Source: Vulcanimicrobiota bacterium
GTDB lineage: Bacteria; Vulcanimicrobiota; Vulcanimicrobiia; Vulcanimicrobiales; Vulcanimicrobiaceae
Reading direction: 5' to 3'
DNA: 64,000 nt
Assembly (NCBI GenBank): GCA_963786105.1
Contig: CAWAXX010000013.1
Span: 32,001 to 96,000 of the forward strand
This document shows positions 21,171 through 30,769 of this stretch, piece after piece. Positions within the stretch are counted from its first letter, which is position 1. Each line of letters begins with the position of its first letter. The translations under genes and the position numbers were made by a program. The notes below the pieces were generated by a model. The model searched no databases. It worked only from the letters and a program-made list of their open reading frames with translations, and had not been told where the DNA came from.

Positions 21171-22151
21171 TTGAGTAAGCGGTACGCCGTCATTTCCGTC
21201 GGCACCAACTCGACCCGCATGTTGTTGGCCAACGTCGCGCCGGACTTGCCCCATGTCGATGCGGTTGGATCGCTCGGCACGCGGATTGGCCAGGGACTCG
21301 ACTCCGAAGGGCAGCTGGGCGAGGAGCCCATGCGCCGCACGCTCGACGCAATCGGCCAGCTGTACCGTCAGATACGCGGCCGGTACGTGAAACTGTTCGC
21401 CGTCGCAACCAGCGCCGTGCGCCGCGCCGGCAATAGCGACGAGTTTTTGGAGCGGGCACGGGAGATTTTGGGCGTTCCGGTCCAGGTGCTGTCCGGCGAA
21501 GAAGAAGCCGAGGCGTCGTACCGCGGTGCGATTACGGCATTGGGTCCGCTGCGGGGCGAACGGGTTGCCGTCGTCGACGCCGGCGGCGGCAGCACCGAAT
21601 ATGCTGCGGGAACCACGACGAAACCCGAGCGCGTTCTTTCGTTCGAGGTCGGCGCGGTTCGGCTTACGGAAGCGTTGCCGGCCATGGCGGGTAGCGGCGG
21701 CCCGGTGGACGCCGAGACGGTCGAGCGCGCTCGCTCGATCGCTCGCGAAGCGCTCGCGCCGTTGAACGGAACCGAGCCGGTGGAACGGGTGGCGTTCGTC
21801 GGCGGCTCGGCCACGACCGCGGCCGCCATCGTGCGTGCCCGCAAAGGTCCGATCGACTCCTATCGGCTCGCACGCGCGGATCTGCAAAGCGTCGTGGCGC
21901 GCCTGTGCGGCATGCCGCTCGACGACCGGAAGAAAGTGATCGGCATGCGGCCGCAGCGCGCCGACATTTTGCCGGCCGGTATCCTCGTGCTCGACACGGT
22001 GCTCGAAATCCTGAAGCTCGACGAAGCGACGGCGACTACGGACGACCTGCTGCTGGGCGTGATGCTTCAGCATCGCGATGCCACCGGGACGACTGCAGGA
22101 GCTGGGAAGCCCACAATCGCAGGCTCCCGAACTCCGAGGGGGTTCAAGTAA
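21171..22151 (+). CDS. Ppx/GppA family phosphatase (short form)
   Basis: GTNSTR, ATSAVR, SGEEEA, DAGGGSTE, RADILPAG. Confidence 0.9.
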   Translation: MSKRYAVISVGTNSTRMLLANVAPDLPHVDAVGSLGTRIGQGLDSEGQLGEEPMRRTLDAIGQLYRQIRGRYVKLFAVATSAVRRAGNSDEFLERAREILGVPVQVLSGEEEAEASYRGAITALGPLRGERVAVVDAGGGSTEYAAGTTTKPERVLSFEVGAVRLTEALPAMAGSGGPVDAETVERARSIAREALAPLNGTEPVERVAFVGGSATTAAAIVRARKGPIDSYRLARADLQSVVARLCGMPLDDRKKVIGMRPQRADILPAGILVLDTVLEILKLDEATATTDDLLLGVMLQHRDATGTTAGAGKPTIAGSRTPRGFK

Positions 22152-22393
22152 TGGACGACATTCAGATCCGCGAGCACATCGAGCAACTCGTGGCCGAAGA
22201 ACATCGCTTGCTCGAAAGCGGCGAAACGCACCCGCTGACGCCGGACGATCACCGGCGCCTCGAATCGGTCGAAGTGCAGCTGGATCAGTTCTGGGATCTG
22301 TTACGGCAGCGCCGCGCACGGCGTAATGCAGGGCAAGACCCCAACGTCGCGCACCTGCGTTCCGAAGACACCGTCGAGCACTACCGCCAATAG
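22151..22393 (+). CDS. DUF2630 family protein
   Basis: LVAEEHRL...LDQFWDLLRQRRA...VEHYRQ. Confidence 0.85.
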   Translation: MDDIQIREHIEQLVAEEHRLLESGETHPLTPDDHRRLESVEVQLDQFWDLLRQRRARRNAGQDPNVAHLRSEDTVEHYRQ

Positions 22394-22402
22394 TCCATTC
22401 GG

Positions 22403-22477
22403 TGTCATCCTGAGCGGAGCGCCGAAAGCGCGCAGTCGAAGGACGAGCGGAGCGCCGAAGGCGCGCAGTCGAAGGAC
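22403..22477 (+). repeat. REP-like element with a 33-bp tandem duplication
   Basis: Starts TGTCATCCTGAGCG; unit GAGCGGAGCGCCGAA(A/G)GCGCGCAGTCGAAGGAC occurs at 22412-22444 and 22445-22477 with one mismatch. Confidence 0.8.
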
Positions 22478-22492
22478 GATTCGAACGACGGT

Positions 22493-22576
22493 GGGATGGT
22501 GGTGGAATCGGTAGACACAGCAGACTTAAAATCTGCAGTCCGAAAGGACGTCCGGGTTCGAGTCCCGGCCATCCCA
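22493..22576 (+). tRNA. tRNA-Leu (TAA)
   Basis: GGGATGG/CCATCCC acceptor stem; GCAGA-CTTAAAA-TCTGC anticodon arm; long variable arm; GTTCGAG T-loop; CCA not encoded. Confidence 0.96.
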
Positions 22577-22719
22577 GAAAGTTTCGTCTTCATTTTATTG
22601 GAGTTTTGGTCTGGTTACCGCGGCGAAGTTATCATTCGGTTGCCGTGCGGCTTCTTGGGGATCATTTCTTAGCGTCTTCTTTCTGAGCACGCCGGCTACA
22701 GTCGGGTTCGTTGGGAACG

Positions 22720-23472
22720 CTAAGCGCCGACTATTTCTTTATACGCTTGACTGAGCATTTCTTGCGCGCCTTGTTTTCTATCGCGGAGCTTATCGACAGC
22801 TTCTTGTGCGTGAATCAAAGCATGCCGAGCGAGGTCCGCATGTCCAGCACGTTTCTCGGAGCGGGCCAGCTCGATGTAGACCCACATTACGTCATAGGTG
22901 CCACGGTCGGTCGGGGGCGCAGTCTTGATCGCGGCGTCGAAAGCGCTTCGGCCATCCTCGACTCTTGCTTCACCTTGAGTGAAGAGGAACTTCGCATAGT
23001 CTCTCTGAGCATATAACTCAAAGAGTCCAGAACCTCGAGCGCCACGGATCGCATCTCGCCAAAACGTTTCTGCTCGTGGATCGTCATACGCTGAAAGGCT
23101 ACGAGCCGTTATTGAGTTGTCTTGCACGCTAATCAAGTTCGAGGCACCGAGTTTTCGAAGTGTTTTCATAATCGAGGCTGCTTGGGCCGCCGACGCGTAG
23201 CGTAACTGTTCCGAGATCATTCGTTTCGTCCTGAGGGGTGGCTCCTGGCTTTTGCTTGTCGCGTCAGAGGCCATCTGAATCTCAGCATCGCGACCGGCTA
23301 CGTCGGCCTGCACCATGCGCGACGTTGCATCGGCAAGCTGGTTTCGAAGCGTCCATGTGATAGTGGTGCGGGCCGCCACGACGGCGGCGATGAACGAAAG
23401 AAAACTAATGATGAGCGCCGCGGCGGGTATGACATCGGTGATTGTAATTGGCACTGGTCGGTAGCCCTTCAT
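22720..23472 (-). CDS. Island cargo: hypothetical protein, N-terminal TM anchor plus helical (TPR-like) region
   Basis: About 250-aa ORF; TM AAALIISFLSFIAAVVA; start uncertain (ATG 23472 or GTG 23454). Confidence 0.6.
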   Translation of the reverse strand: MKGYRPVPITITDVIPAAALIISFLSFIAAVVAARTTITWTLRNQLADATSRMVQADVAGRDAEIQMASDATSKSQEPPLRTKRMISEQLRYASAAQAASIMKTLRKLGASNLISVQDNSITARSLSAYDDPRAETFWRDAIRGARGSGLFELYAQRDYAKFLFTQGEARVEDGRSAFDAAIKTAPPTDRGTYDVMWVYIELARSEKRAGHADLARHALIHAQEAVDKLRDRKQGAQEMLSQAYKEIVGA

Positions 23473-23725
23473 CTCCCGGGTTCTCGGTTTTGACGTAATG
23501 GCTCCAATTCGCCACCCCGGCCGCGCCGCTGGGTTGCCACATCCTTGGTCGGCTGCGAACATGAGCAGCTCGATGCCACGCACGACGACTTGTAAGTAGA
23601 GTCCCTACGTTAGTGCATCTGATAGGGACCACCCGCTTGAATAATCATGAGCCCGCCAACCGCTTACGAGCACCTTTTGAGAGCGCCACCGCCCCGCATC
23701 GCCGTGGTCGCGTGGCTCTTCATCG

Positions 23726-23867
23726 TGTCACATTTTGTCACGGACGGGTCGGAAGCGGTCAGGATCGGGAGGGAGGATCGGGGAACCAGTGGGCGGATTA
23801 GTCTGACGGATGGACGGGTTGGACGCGGTCGGGATAGGGAGGGATGGTTCGGGAATGGTGCGGCGGA
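23726..23867. repeat. TGTCAC direct repeat plus two degenerate 56-bp G-rich repeats near attR
   Basis: TGTCAC-ATTT-TGTCAC at 23726-23741; 23742-23797 versus 23812-23867 match at 42/56 positions. Confidence 0.7.
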
Positions 23868-24103
23868 AAAGCCTGAGGGAATAACACTTTTCGGTAACGG
23901 ACGGGATCGGCTGGAATCCCTGAGCTTGGGTTCGAGTCCCGGCCATCCCATGAATCGTTCGCCTTATTTGACAACGTTTGCGGCTACCGAAATCGACGGC
24001 CGGATGGGGTGTTTCGTGAGAGGCGACCGAGAGGACGTAAGTCGAATCCCATTTTGAAAGAATCAACGCCCGGCCGGCGTCCGATAAATTCGAGGATTTC
24101 CTC

Positions 24104-25114
24104 TTGAAGACGATATCTGGATCAATACTCCGCACGATATGCGTCTGCGTGATTTCTGCGATGCTGCTTGCCGGCTGCGCCGGGTCGCAGTCGGCGATCG
24201 GATCGCAAGGGCCAATAGAATCGCTGACGAGGGCTGATGGCCCTTCGCCGCAGGCCACGCCGCTCGCCATGCCTCGCAGCATCCCCAAGCGAACGGGCTG
24301 GCTCTCGCCGGCAGCGAGAACAGCGCCAGTCATTTACGCTGCCAATGGTAACCAGGTCCTCATCTATCCAGAGAAAGGTTTTCTGCAGAGCCCAATCGGC
24401 ATGATAACCGGCATAGGATACGCCTATGGCCTCTGGGTTGATAAGAGTGGCAACCTATACGTCGCAGATGCCACGAACAATGCGGTCCTGGTCTATCCAC
24501 CCGGATCCACGAATCCATCGCAGAGCTATTCGCAAGATCTTTCGCGCCCGCTCTATCCGATAGTTGATAGCAGCGGCAATCTGTGGGTTAGCAATGCGAA
24601 CAACGGTACGGTCGTCGAGTATCTCAGCGGATCCACGAACGTCCATCAAGTGGTTCAAACGCCAGGTACAGAGGCCGACGGTCTGGATTTCGACCAGCAA
24701 GGCAACTTGTATGTTGCATACCGCGGGAGCTCCGGGAATCCGAACAGCAGTATTGAGGAGTTTACTCCCGGCTCGACGCACGGCCAGAGTCTTGGCATGA
24801 CGCTGAACCAACCACAGGGCCTCATCGTCGACAATAACCGCAACGTTCTCGTCGTCGAAACCGGCGGGACCAATCGCATCGACCTCTTTCCGCCGGGTGC
24901 CGAGCTTCCTTCGGCTGAAGTGCCCATTCAAAACGATACTCCGACCCAACTCGCAACCAAGCTGGACGATACCACTCTTTTCGTCTCCGCTTTGTCAGGC
25001 ACTATCTATGGGAAACGCTACCCGCTTCACGCTGTTCCACGCCCACCGTACATAAAAGATGAGGCGCAATCTCAAATTCAGGGTACCGCGCTAAGTAACG
25101 GTCAACACTTTTAA
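24104..25114 (+). CDS. Secreted lipoprotein, NHL/SMP-30-like beta-propeller
   Basis: Lipobox LAGC; repeated GLxVDxxGNLYV blades. Confidence 0.8.
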   Translation: MKTISGSILRTICVCVISAMLLAGCAGSQSAIGSQGPIESLTRADGPSPQATPLAMPRSIPKRTGWLSPAARTAPVIYAANGNQVLIYPEKGFLQSPIGMITGIGYAYGLWVDKSGNLYVADATNNAVLVYPPGSTNPSQSYSQDLSRPLYPIVDSSGNLWVSNANNGTVVEYLSGSTNVHQVVQTPGTEADGLDFDQQGNLYVAYRGSSGNPNSSIEEFTPGSTHGQSLGMTLNQPQGLIVDNNRNVLVVETGGTNRIDLFPPGAELPSAEVPIQNDTPTQLATKLDDTTLFVSALSGTIYGKRYPLHAVPRPPYIKDEAQSQIQGTALSNGQHF

Positions 25115-25194
25115 GGAAGATGCTTTTTGCCATCAATGCCGACCACAAGCGGCAGGCGCAATCCCATAAATCAGCGTCCATGTAAGATAGACGT

Positions 25195-26070
25195 ATGCGA
25201 GCTCGATTCACGATAGCCGCGGTTTTTGTAGCTACTCTTTCCGTCTTCGGGCAGTCGAAGGCGCAAGACGCCGCGCCGCCGACCGTCGAAGCCTTCTACT
25301 CCACTGCGGTTCAATCGATGCGCGCTTTGCGCCAGCCGCAATATCTGACGTACACCATCGAAGGCGATGGCGCCGGCCTGGCCATTTCGCTTCGAGTCAT
25401 CCGCCATTTGGTATGGCTCGAGATGACGACATACTCGGCCGCCCGGCCGACCGAACCCACGACGTGGGCGGTGCGCCACCGAACCGACGACTACGCTTCC
25501 GAAATCGTTGAAGCGGACGGGCGCCGTCTGGTTAGCACGCGCGCCTTCTTCGACCCCACGTGGTACGGTGCGTTTCGAGCACTCCGCGACGGAATGCTGT
25601 TCTATCAAAGAACCGAGCCGCCGGTCTCGGCGGAGGCAACGCCCACGCCGGGGCCTTCGCCCGACTTGCGGACCATCGCCGTCGTACAGGTAATCGGCAC
25701 GAACATCTATAGCGTCCTCGACAACGGCGCGTCGGCGTGCGCCAACGGCGATGCAGGCCATGCCCTGCATCTCGTTTCTCGCGACGGCAATCCGCGGCAC
25801 CAACTCGCCGACGTCGTCGTCGACTTGCGGAACATGCACTTCTGCACGATGCACTTCAACGTATCGGAACCGGGCGGATTCAGCGGGTCCGTCGAGCAGC
25901 ACTACGCCGACGTCGGCGGATACTGGCTGCAAACCGACGGGATCATCGAGAGCAAGGTCCGCGCGCTGGGGTTCATGGTGAATCACGGCGTGTGGCGTTA
26001 CCGCCTGGACGAAATGGCGTTCCCGGCAACCATTCCTTCCTCGGCTTTCTTGCGTCCTATGGATCAATGA
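25195..26070 (+). CDS. Hypothetical secreted protein
   Basis: Signal peptide ending SKA-Q; 291 aa; typical codon usage. Confidence 0.7.
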   Translation: MRARFTIAAVFVATLSVFGQSKAQDAAPPTVEAFYSTAVQSMRALRQPQYLTYTIEGDGAGLAISLRVIRHLVWLEMTTYSAARPTEPTTWAVRHRTDDYASEIVEADGRRLVSTRAFFDPTWYGAFRALRDGMLFYQRTEPPVSAEATPTPGPSPDLRTIAVVQVIGTNIYSVLDNGASACANGDAGHALHLVSRDGNPRHQLADVVVDLRNMHFCTMHFNVSEPGGFSGSVEQHYADVGGYWLQTDGIIESKVRALGFMVNHGVWRYRLDEMAFPATIPSSAFLRPMDQ

Positions 26071-26144
26071 CGTCGATGCGCGCAGCGGACCGGATGCGCG
26101 GATTGCATGCATTTATCATGAAAAAAGAAAAGGAAAATTCATCA

Positions 26145-27239
26145 ATGAAGATTTCCAACTCGGCCAAGCGGGTCGTTGGCGTATCTGCGGCCGTTGCGCT
26201 TCTCGCCGGTTGTACCAGCAGCGGCGGGTCGCAGCTGGCCTCGGGCGGCGCAATGACGCCAAGCGGCGTTCAGACGATGGGCGGCAACCATAAGGTTGAC
26301 CTCTCGATGACGCTCGTCACGCCCAAGAGCGTGAAGCCCAACCTCCAGCGCAAAATCAAAGACATGGCGCGCGTTAAGCCGAACTGCTGCGCGCTCCAAA
26401 AGACCCTCTCCGTAGCCGACGCGTTCGGCGGATCGAGCTTCACCGGCGCCGTGTACCTGTTTGACTACAACACGGGCGCAGCGAGCGGATCGCTCGCACC
26501 GCCGCCCGAAGGCTGGTCGGAGGTTCAAGGCGCCTGCAGCGACAAGAACGGCAACTTCTACTTCGCGAACACCGCCATGTCGACGATCGACGAGTACTCG
26601 CATAGCGGTACCTACATCGCGACGCTCTCTGACCCGGGTCAGTACCCGGTAGGCTGCGCCTCGGATCGTACGACGGGTAACCTCGCGGTTTCGAACATCA
26701 TGGACACCAGCGGCGGCCCCGGTAGCATCGTCATCTACAATGGCGGCGTGCTGCAGCACACGTACTTTCCCCCGAACATGAGCCCATATTTCCTCGCTTA
26801 CGAGGGTGGCACGGGCATTCTGTGGGTTGACGGCTTGGATTCATCGGGAATGTTCCAGTATGACAGCTTCTCGGGCGGCTTGTTCACCCCGGTGACGATC
26901 TGCTGCGTAAGCATCGCATTCCCCGGCGCGGTGATGTGGTCGGGAAAGGTGAAGTCTATGGTCATCGGCGATCAAGACACGTTCAGCGCTCCGACGTTCT
27001 ACCAAGTTTCCGACACCGGCATGATTACGGGTTCGACCGTGTTGCAGTGCACGCAGCAGTCAGACTTCTGCGACATCGTCCAGGCCACCATTAAGGGCCC
27101 GGGTATCGTAGGAGCGGATGCAATCAGTCTAGGCGTCGCCCGATTCGCTTTCCCGGCCGGCGGACCACCCATACTGCAATACTCCGCCCCGTATGTCCAG
27201 CCGATCGGTACGGCAGTTAGCCCCAACAAAGGCGGCTAA
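26145..27239 (+). CDS. Secreted Cys-rich lipoprotein, beta-propeller-like
   Basis: AAGGA RBS, ATG 26145; lipobox LAGC; GACSDKNGNFYFAN and GCASDRTTGNLAVSN blades. Confidence 0.8.
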   Translation: MKISNSAKRVVGVSAAVALLAGCTSSGGSQLASGGAMTPSGVQTMGGNHKVDLSMTLVTPKSVKPNLQRKIKDMARVKPNCCALQKTLSVADAFGGSSFTGAVYLFDYNTGAASGSLAPPPEGWSEVQGACSDKNGNFYFANTAMSTIDEYSHSGTYIATLSDPGQYPVGCASDRTTGNLAVSNIMDTSGGPGSIVIYNGGVLQHTYFPPNMSPYFLAYEGGTGILWVDGLDSSGMFQYDSFSGGLFTPVTICCVSIAFPGAVMWSGKVKSMVIGDQDTFSAPTFYQVSDTGMITGSTVLQCTQQSDFCDIVQATIKGPGIVGADAISLGVARFAFPAGGPPILQYSAPYVQPIGTAVSPNKGG

Positions 27240-27264
27240 GGCCTCTGGACTCTCGCAATGGAAT

Positions 27265-27297
27265 ATCAGAAGGCTGGGTCGACTCCAGCCTTCTGAT
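27265..27297. terminator. Hairpin between convergent genes (probable terminator)
   Basis: ATCAGAAGGCTGG / CCAGCCTTCTGAT, 13-bp perfect stem. Confidence 0.75.
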
Positions 27298-27320
27298 TGG
27301 CGACCTCGTTCGAGCGGTCG

Positions 27321-27776
27321 TCAGACCTTGTTACTGATGACGAGATCGCTGCCGCCGCCGCCGTCGCCATCGTCGTTGCGGACCCTACGCGTGAAGTGGG
27401 CGGTACAGGAACCGGAGGCCGTTCCGGCTGCGACGCTGTACGTGTGAGGCATAGTCTTTGTGATAGTCGCGACGTTGCGAGCGGCGCAGTTGTCTCGTTC
27501 GACGATTGTGTGGCGTTCCCGATCGTCGCTCGTGACTCTCACGTTCACCGGCCCTGGATGATTCATATCGAAGGCGATTCGGCATGGCGTGACTTTGATG
27601 CCGTCGCTGGTTTGGCAACCCCGATCGTCCTGTGGAAGAAGTGAACCCGCCTGCATCGAGTTGACCGTCCCGGGCACGCCGCCCATGGACGGCGATTGCG
27701 CACCACTACTACATCCCGCAACGGCAAATGCCGTTAAAACAAGCGCCGATGCGCTAAAGGTTCTGTGCAGAGTCAT
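27321..27776 (-). CDS. Hypothetical lipoprotein
   Basis: AAGGAG RBS, ATG 27776; lipobox VAGC; four further Cys. Confidence 0.7.
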   Translation of the reverse strand: MTLHRTFSASALVLTAFAVAGCSSGAQSPSMGGVPGTVNSMQAGSLLPQDDRGCQTSDGIKVTPCRIAFDMNHPGPVNVRVTSDDRERHTIVERDNCAARNVATITKTMPHTYSVAAGTASGSCTAHFTRRVRNDDGDGGGGSDLVISNKV

Positions 27777-27845
27777 AATCGTTGCTCCTTTCTTTATGAC
27801 CGCTGACGCCACTGTCGCAACAAAACCTAAAGGAATCATGAACCA

Positions 27846-27863
27846 TCACATTCATGAATGTGA
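27846..27863. promoter_or_regulatory. Perfect 18-bp palindrome, candidate operator
   Basis: TCACATTCATGAATGTGA, about 70 bp upstream of the lipoprotein gene. Confidence 0.55.
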
Positions 27864-27937
27864 GTCTACCGCGATTCGTTCGAAATGTCGCCAAGGTTGC
27901 GTTTACGAAACGAAGATGCTCTTGATTCGGCAGTAAA

Positions 27938-29809
27938 TCACTTCGCGCGTGGCGCCGCGATGGACGCCAGCATGTCGGTCGTGCCTTCGATGCGCTCGAG
28001 GTGTGGGTAGCGAATGCCGTCGTGATAGTTTAGCGAGAGCGTCTGGAACCAGCCGGTCTGTTTGACGATCAGGGAAATCGGCGCGCTCGAATGCTGAGCG
28101 CGCCGCAGCGCGTACTCGAGAACGTCGGACGAAAACTCCTGGCCGTTGACGGCGAGGATCGTCATGGCCGGCGCGAGCCCTGCTTTCCACGACGGCGAAT
28201 CCACGCGCACGTCTTGCACGACGCCTTTTTCTGAAACGTTCATGCCGTACGAATACCACCCCAAGATGCCGTGATCCGTTGCTTGGTTGGCGGTGATGAA
28301 CTCGTTGGGCTTCGAGGTGTACACGAGCTTCCAGCCGGCGCGCTCGAGCTCATCGCTAGGCGGATGCAGGGTCGGGTGGTAGACGTACTTCTCGAAAAAC
28401 GCGTCCCAGTCGTACGGTTCGACGCCGTCGAGCATGGTTTCCACTTGCTCGCGCGTATAGGTGACGACCATCGGGCCGGTCGTCGACGGTTCGGTGAATC
28501 GATGCAAGAACGTGTCCAGCGAGCGCGCGTTATGCGAGCGTGCGCGGATGATCGTGTCGGCGTCCAGCCAGACCAGCTCGCCTTCGGTGTAGAAATCGCC
28601 GGCATTGCGTCGAATCGACCCGTAGGATCCGCGCGCGAAATAGTAGTACGGGGCGCCGGTCGTCAGATCGATGAGCGGCGTGGTCGTGCGTCCCGGCTCT
28701 AAATCCATGTCGGCGTACAGGGTTGCCAAATATTCCGGGTACTGTTTCGACTCGCGAATGCCGGAGCGGAACGAGAGCAGGTCGCCTAGATATTGGTTCA
28801 TGCCCTCATACACCCACAACAGATCGGTCTTCATCGGCACTTGGAAGTTGGGCGTCGTCAGGTCCGCCGGCCGGCGATATTTACCGTTCCACGAGTGCGA
28901 GAACTCGTGGGTGACGAGATCCCCCGCCGAAAGCGACTGCGAAGCATCGGTTAGAAAATCGTCGGGCGCGCGATTGTCGCTGGATTGATGGTGCTCGATT
29001 CCTTGAAAGCCGATCTGGTCGCTCAACGCCAGCAGCGCGTGGTAGTCGAGAAAGTGACGCGACCCGTACATCGCAAAAGCCTCGGCCGGCACACGCTGGT
29101 ATGCCTTGAGCCGCGCTTCCGGGAGATCGAGGTCTTGCGGATAGTCGGCGAACGCATCGAGCTGTACGAAGGCCGCACCATCCCTCCAGAGGTCCCATTT
29201 TCTTACGTAGCGGCCGAGATCGAGCGGCGAGTCCACCAGCATCTCGAGTGACGTGGTGGCAAAGTCGACGCGGTTTCCCGTCTTCGCTCCATCGCGCAGC
29301 GCGGTAGCGTAGTCCCAGCCATCGGGTAACTCGATCGACGGTTTCACGAAGTAGCTATGCGAGTTGACGCCCTCTTGGTACAACAACACGCGATTCCAAT
29401 TGACGATGGCGACCGAGTGTGACGACATCGTGTCGTCCGGCGCATTGAGGAGCACGTCGAAATCGACCTCGAGCGTTTGGACGCCGGCCGGTACGTTGAC
29501 GTGGAATTCGTAGAGGTCCACCGGATCGCGCCGCCAGTCGAGTGCGTTTCCTCCAGCGCTGACGCGCAGGGCGGCGAGATCGTTGAGCGGGCCGCTCGGG
29601 CCGTGCTCACCGGGAATCCACTTCGGATACACCAGCGTGAAGCTCCCGGCAGTCACCGGGATCCGCTCGTGAGCGAACATGATTCCCCGCGATGCCTGCG
29701 AGGCGTCCAACACCAGCGTCGCGGCCGGCGCCGCGGCGGCGGAATGGGGTACCAGGAGCGTCGCGCATGCCGCAACCGCCGCCGCGAGGACGATGCTGCG
29801 TCGATTCAT
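27938..29809 (-). CDS. M61 glycyl aminopeptidase family with PDZ domain
   Basis: PKWIPGEH, GIEH, HEFSHSWNGK, LWVYEG, C-terminal PDZ; signal peptide from ATG 29809. Confidence 0.92.
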   Translation of the reverse strand: MNRRSIVLAAAVAACATLLVPHSAAAAPAATLVLDASQASRGIMFAHERIPVTAGSFTLVYPKWIPGEHGPSGPLNDLAALRVSAGGNALDWRRDPVDLYEFHVNVPAGVQTLEVDFDVLLNAPDDTMSSHSVAIVNWNRVLLYQEGVNSHSYFVKPSIELPDGWDYATALRDGAKTGNRVDFATTSLEMLVDSPLDLGRYVRKWDLWRDGAAFVQLDAFADYPQDLDLPEARLKAYQRVPAEAFAMYGSRHFLDYHALLALSDQIGFQGIEHHQSSDNRAPDDFLTDASQSLSAGDLVTHEFSHSWNGKYRRPADLTTPNFQVPMKTDLLWVYEGMNQYLGDLLSFRSGIRESKQYPEYLATLYADMDLEPGRTTTPLIDLTTGAPYYYFARGSYGSIRRNAGDFYTEGELVWLDADTIIRARSHNARSLDTFLHRFTEPSTTGPMVVTYTREQVETMLDGVEPYDWDAFFEKYVYHPTLHPPSDELERAGWKLVYTSKPNEFITANQATDHGILGWYSYGMNVSEKGVVQDVRVDSPSWKAGLAPAMTILAVNGQEFSSDVLEYALRRAQHSSAPISLIVKQTGWFQTLSLNYHDGIRYPHLERIEGTTDMLASIAAPRAK

Positions 29810-29979
29810 TTCGCCGGGGTTCTCAGCTCGAACGGTCGACCCTCTCGCGCGTATCGTGAGACAAAATCCCAAACCTGAGCGGAATTTTAATGCGGTGCGG
29901 CAGGTTCTCTTCGCCGAGGGGACCAATAGCGCCAGGTTCTTTTCCCATCGCCCCTTTCTTTGGAGGTCGGTTAGTCCAC

Positions 29980-30768
29980 GTGAAGATCGTGGTGACGGTC
30001 AAACTCGTGCCGGATCCTAATGCCGAGAAGCGCATCGATCCGGAAACGAAGCGCCTCGTGCGCTCGGGCGTCGAGACGGTCCTCAATCCGTACGACGAAT
30101 ACGCGCTCGAAGCAGCCCTCCAGTTGAAGGAACGCGCGGGCGGCGATACAAGCGTCGTCGTTTTTAGCATGGGTCCGGAATCGTTGAAAGAGACGTTGCG
30201 CAAGGCGTTGGCGATGGGTGCCGACGAGGCGACGTTCCTAAGCGATGCGGGGCTCGAAGGCAGCGACGTTTGGGCCACCGCGTACGCGATGTCGCAGGCG
30301 CTAAAGAAAATCGGTTTCGACTTGTTGATCGTCGGCGGCCTTACCGACGACGGGAGCACCGGGGCGGTTCCCGGCGCGCTCGCCGAGCATCTCGGCTTGC
30401 CCTGCATTACCAACGCGCGCAAAGCGGAGATTGCCGACGGCACGCTGCGAGTCGAACGCGAAACCGACGGCGGCTACCAAAGCGTACGGGGACCATTGCC
30501 TGCATTATTGACCACCGCGCTGACATTCGGCGAGCCGCGTTATGCATCGCTCAAAGGCATCATGGGCGCGAAGAAAAAGGCGATTACGCCGCTGACGCTC
30601 GCCGATCTCGGGTTGGATCGCGCCGTTGGGAGCGACGGCGCGAAAATGAAACTCGAAGCGTTCGCTCCTCCGCCGGCGCGCGGCAAGGGTCGCACGGTCG
30701 AGGCCACCGACGCTGTAGCAGGCGCGCAAGCCGTCTTTGATTTCCTAAAAGAGAAGAAGCTGGTTTAG
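29980..30768 (+). CDS. etfB: Electron transfer flavoprotein beta subunit
   Basis: VKLVPD, NPYDEYALEAALQLKE, ALAMGAD, EPRYASLKGIMGAKKK; GGAGG RBS, GTG 29980. Confidence 0.95.
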   Translation: MKIVVTVKLVPDPNAEKRIDPETKRLVRSGVETVLNPYDEYALEAALQLKERAGGDTSVVVFSMGPESLKETLRKALAMGADEATFLSDAGLEGSDVWATAYAMSQALKKIGFDLLIVGGLTDDGSTGAVPGALAEHLGLPCITNARKAEIADGTLRVERETDGGYQSVRGPLPALLTTALTFGEPRYASLKGIMGAKKKAITPLTLADLGLDRAVGSDGAKMKLEAFAPPPARGKGRTVEATDAVAGAQAVFDFLKEKKLV

Positions 30769-30769
30769 G

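Larger units (their letters stand above)
22554..23950. mobile_element. Integrase-less mini-island in the tRNA-Leu 3' end (23-bp attL/attR repeats)
   Basis: GGGTTCGAGTCCCGGCCATCCCA is identical at 22554-22576 and 23928-23950; interior looks lower in GC. Confidence 0.85.

Noticed and set aside
22412..22477. CRISPR array (33-bp repeats)
   Set aside because: Only two abutting copies, no spacer, and no cas genes in the window
22493..22576. bldA-like developmental control through rare TTA codons
   Set aside because: In-frame TTA codons occur in housekeeping genes here (tdh, accA)
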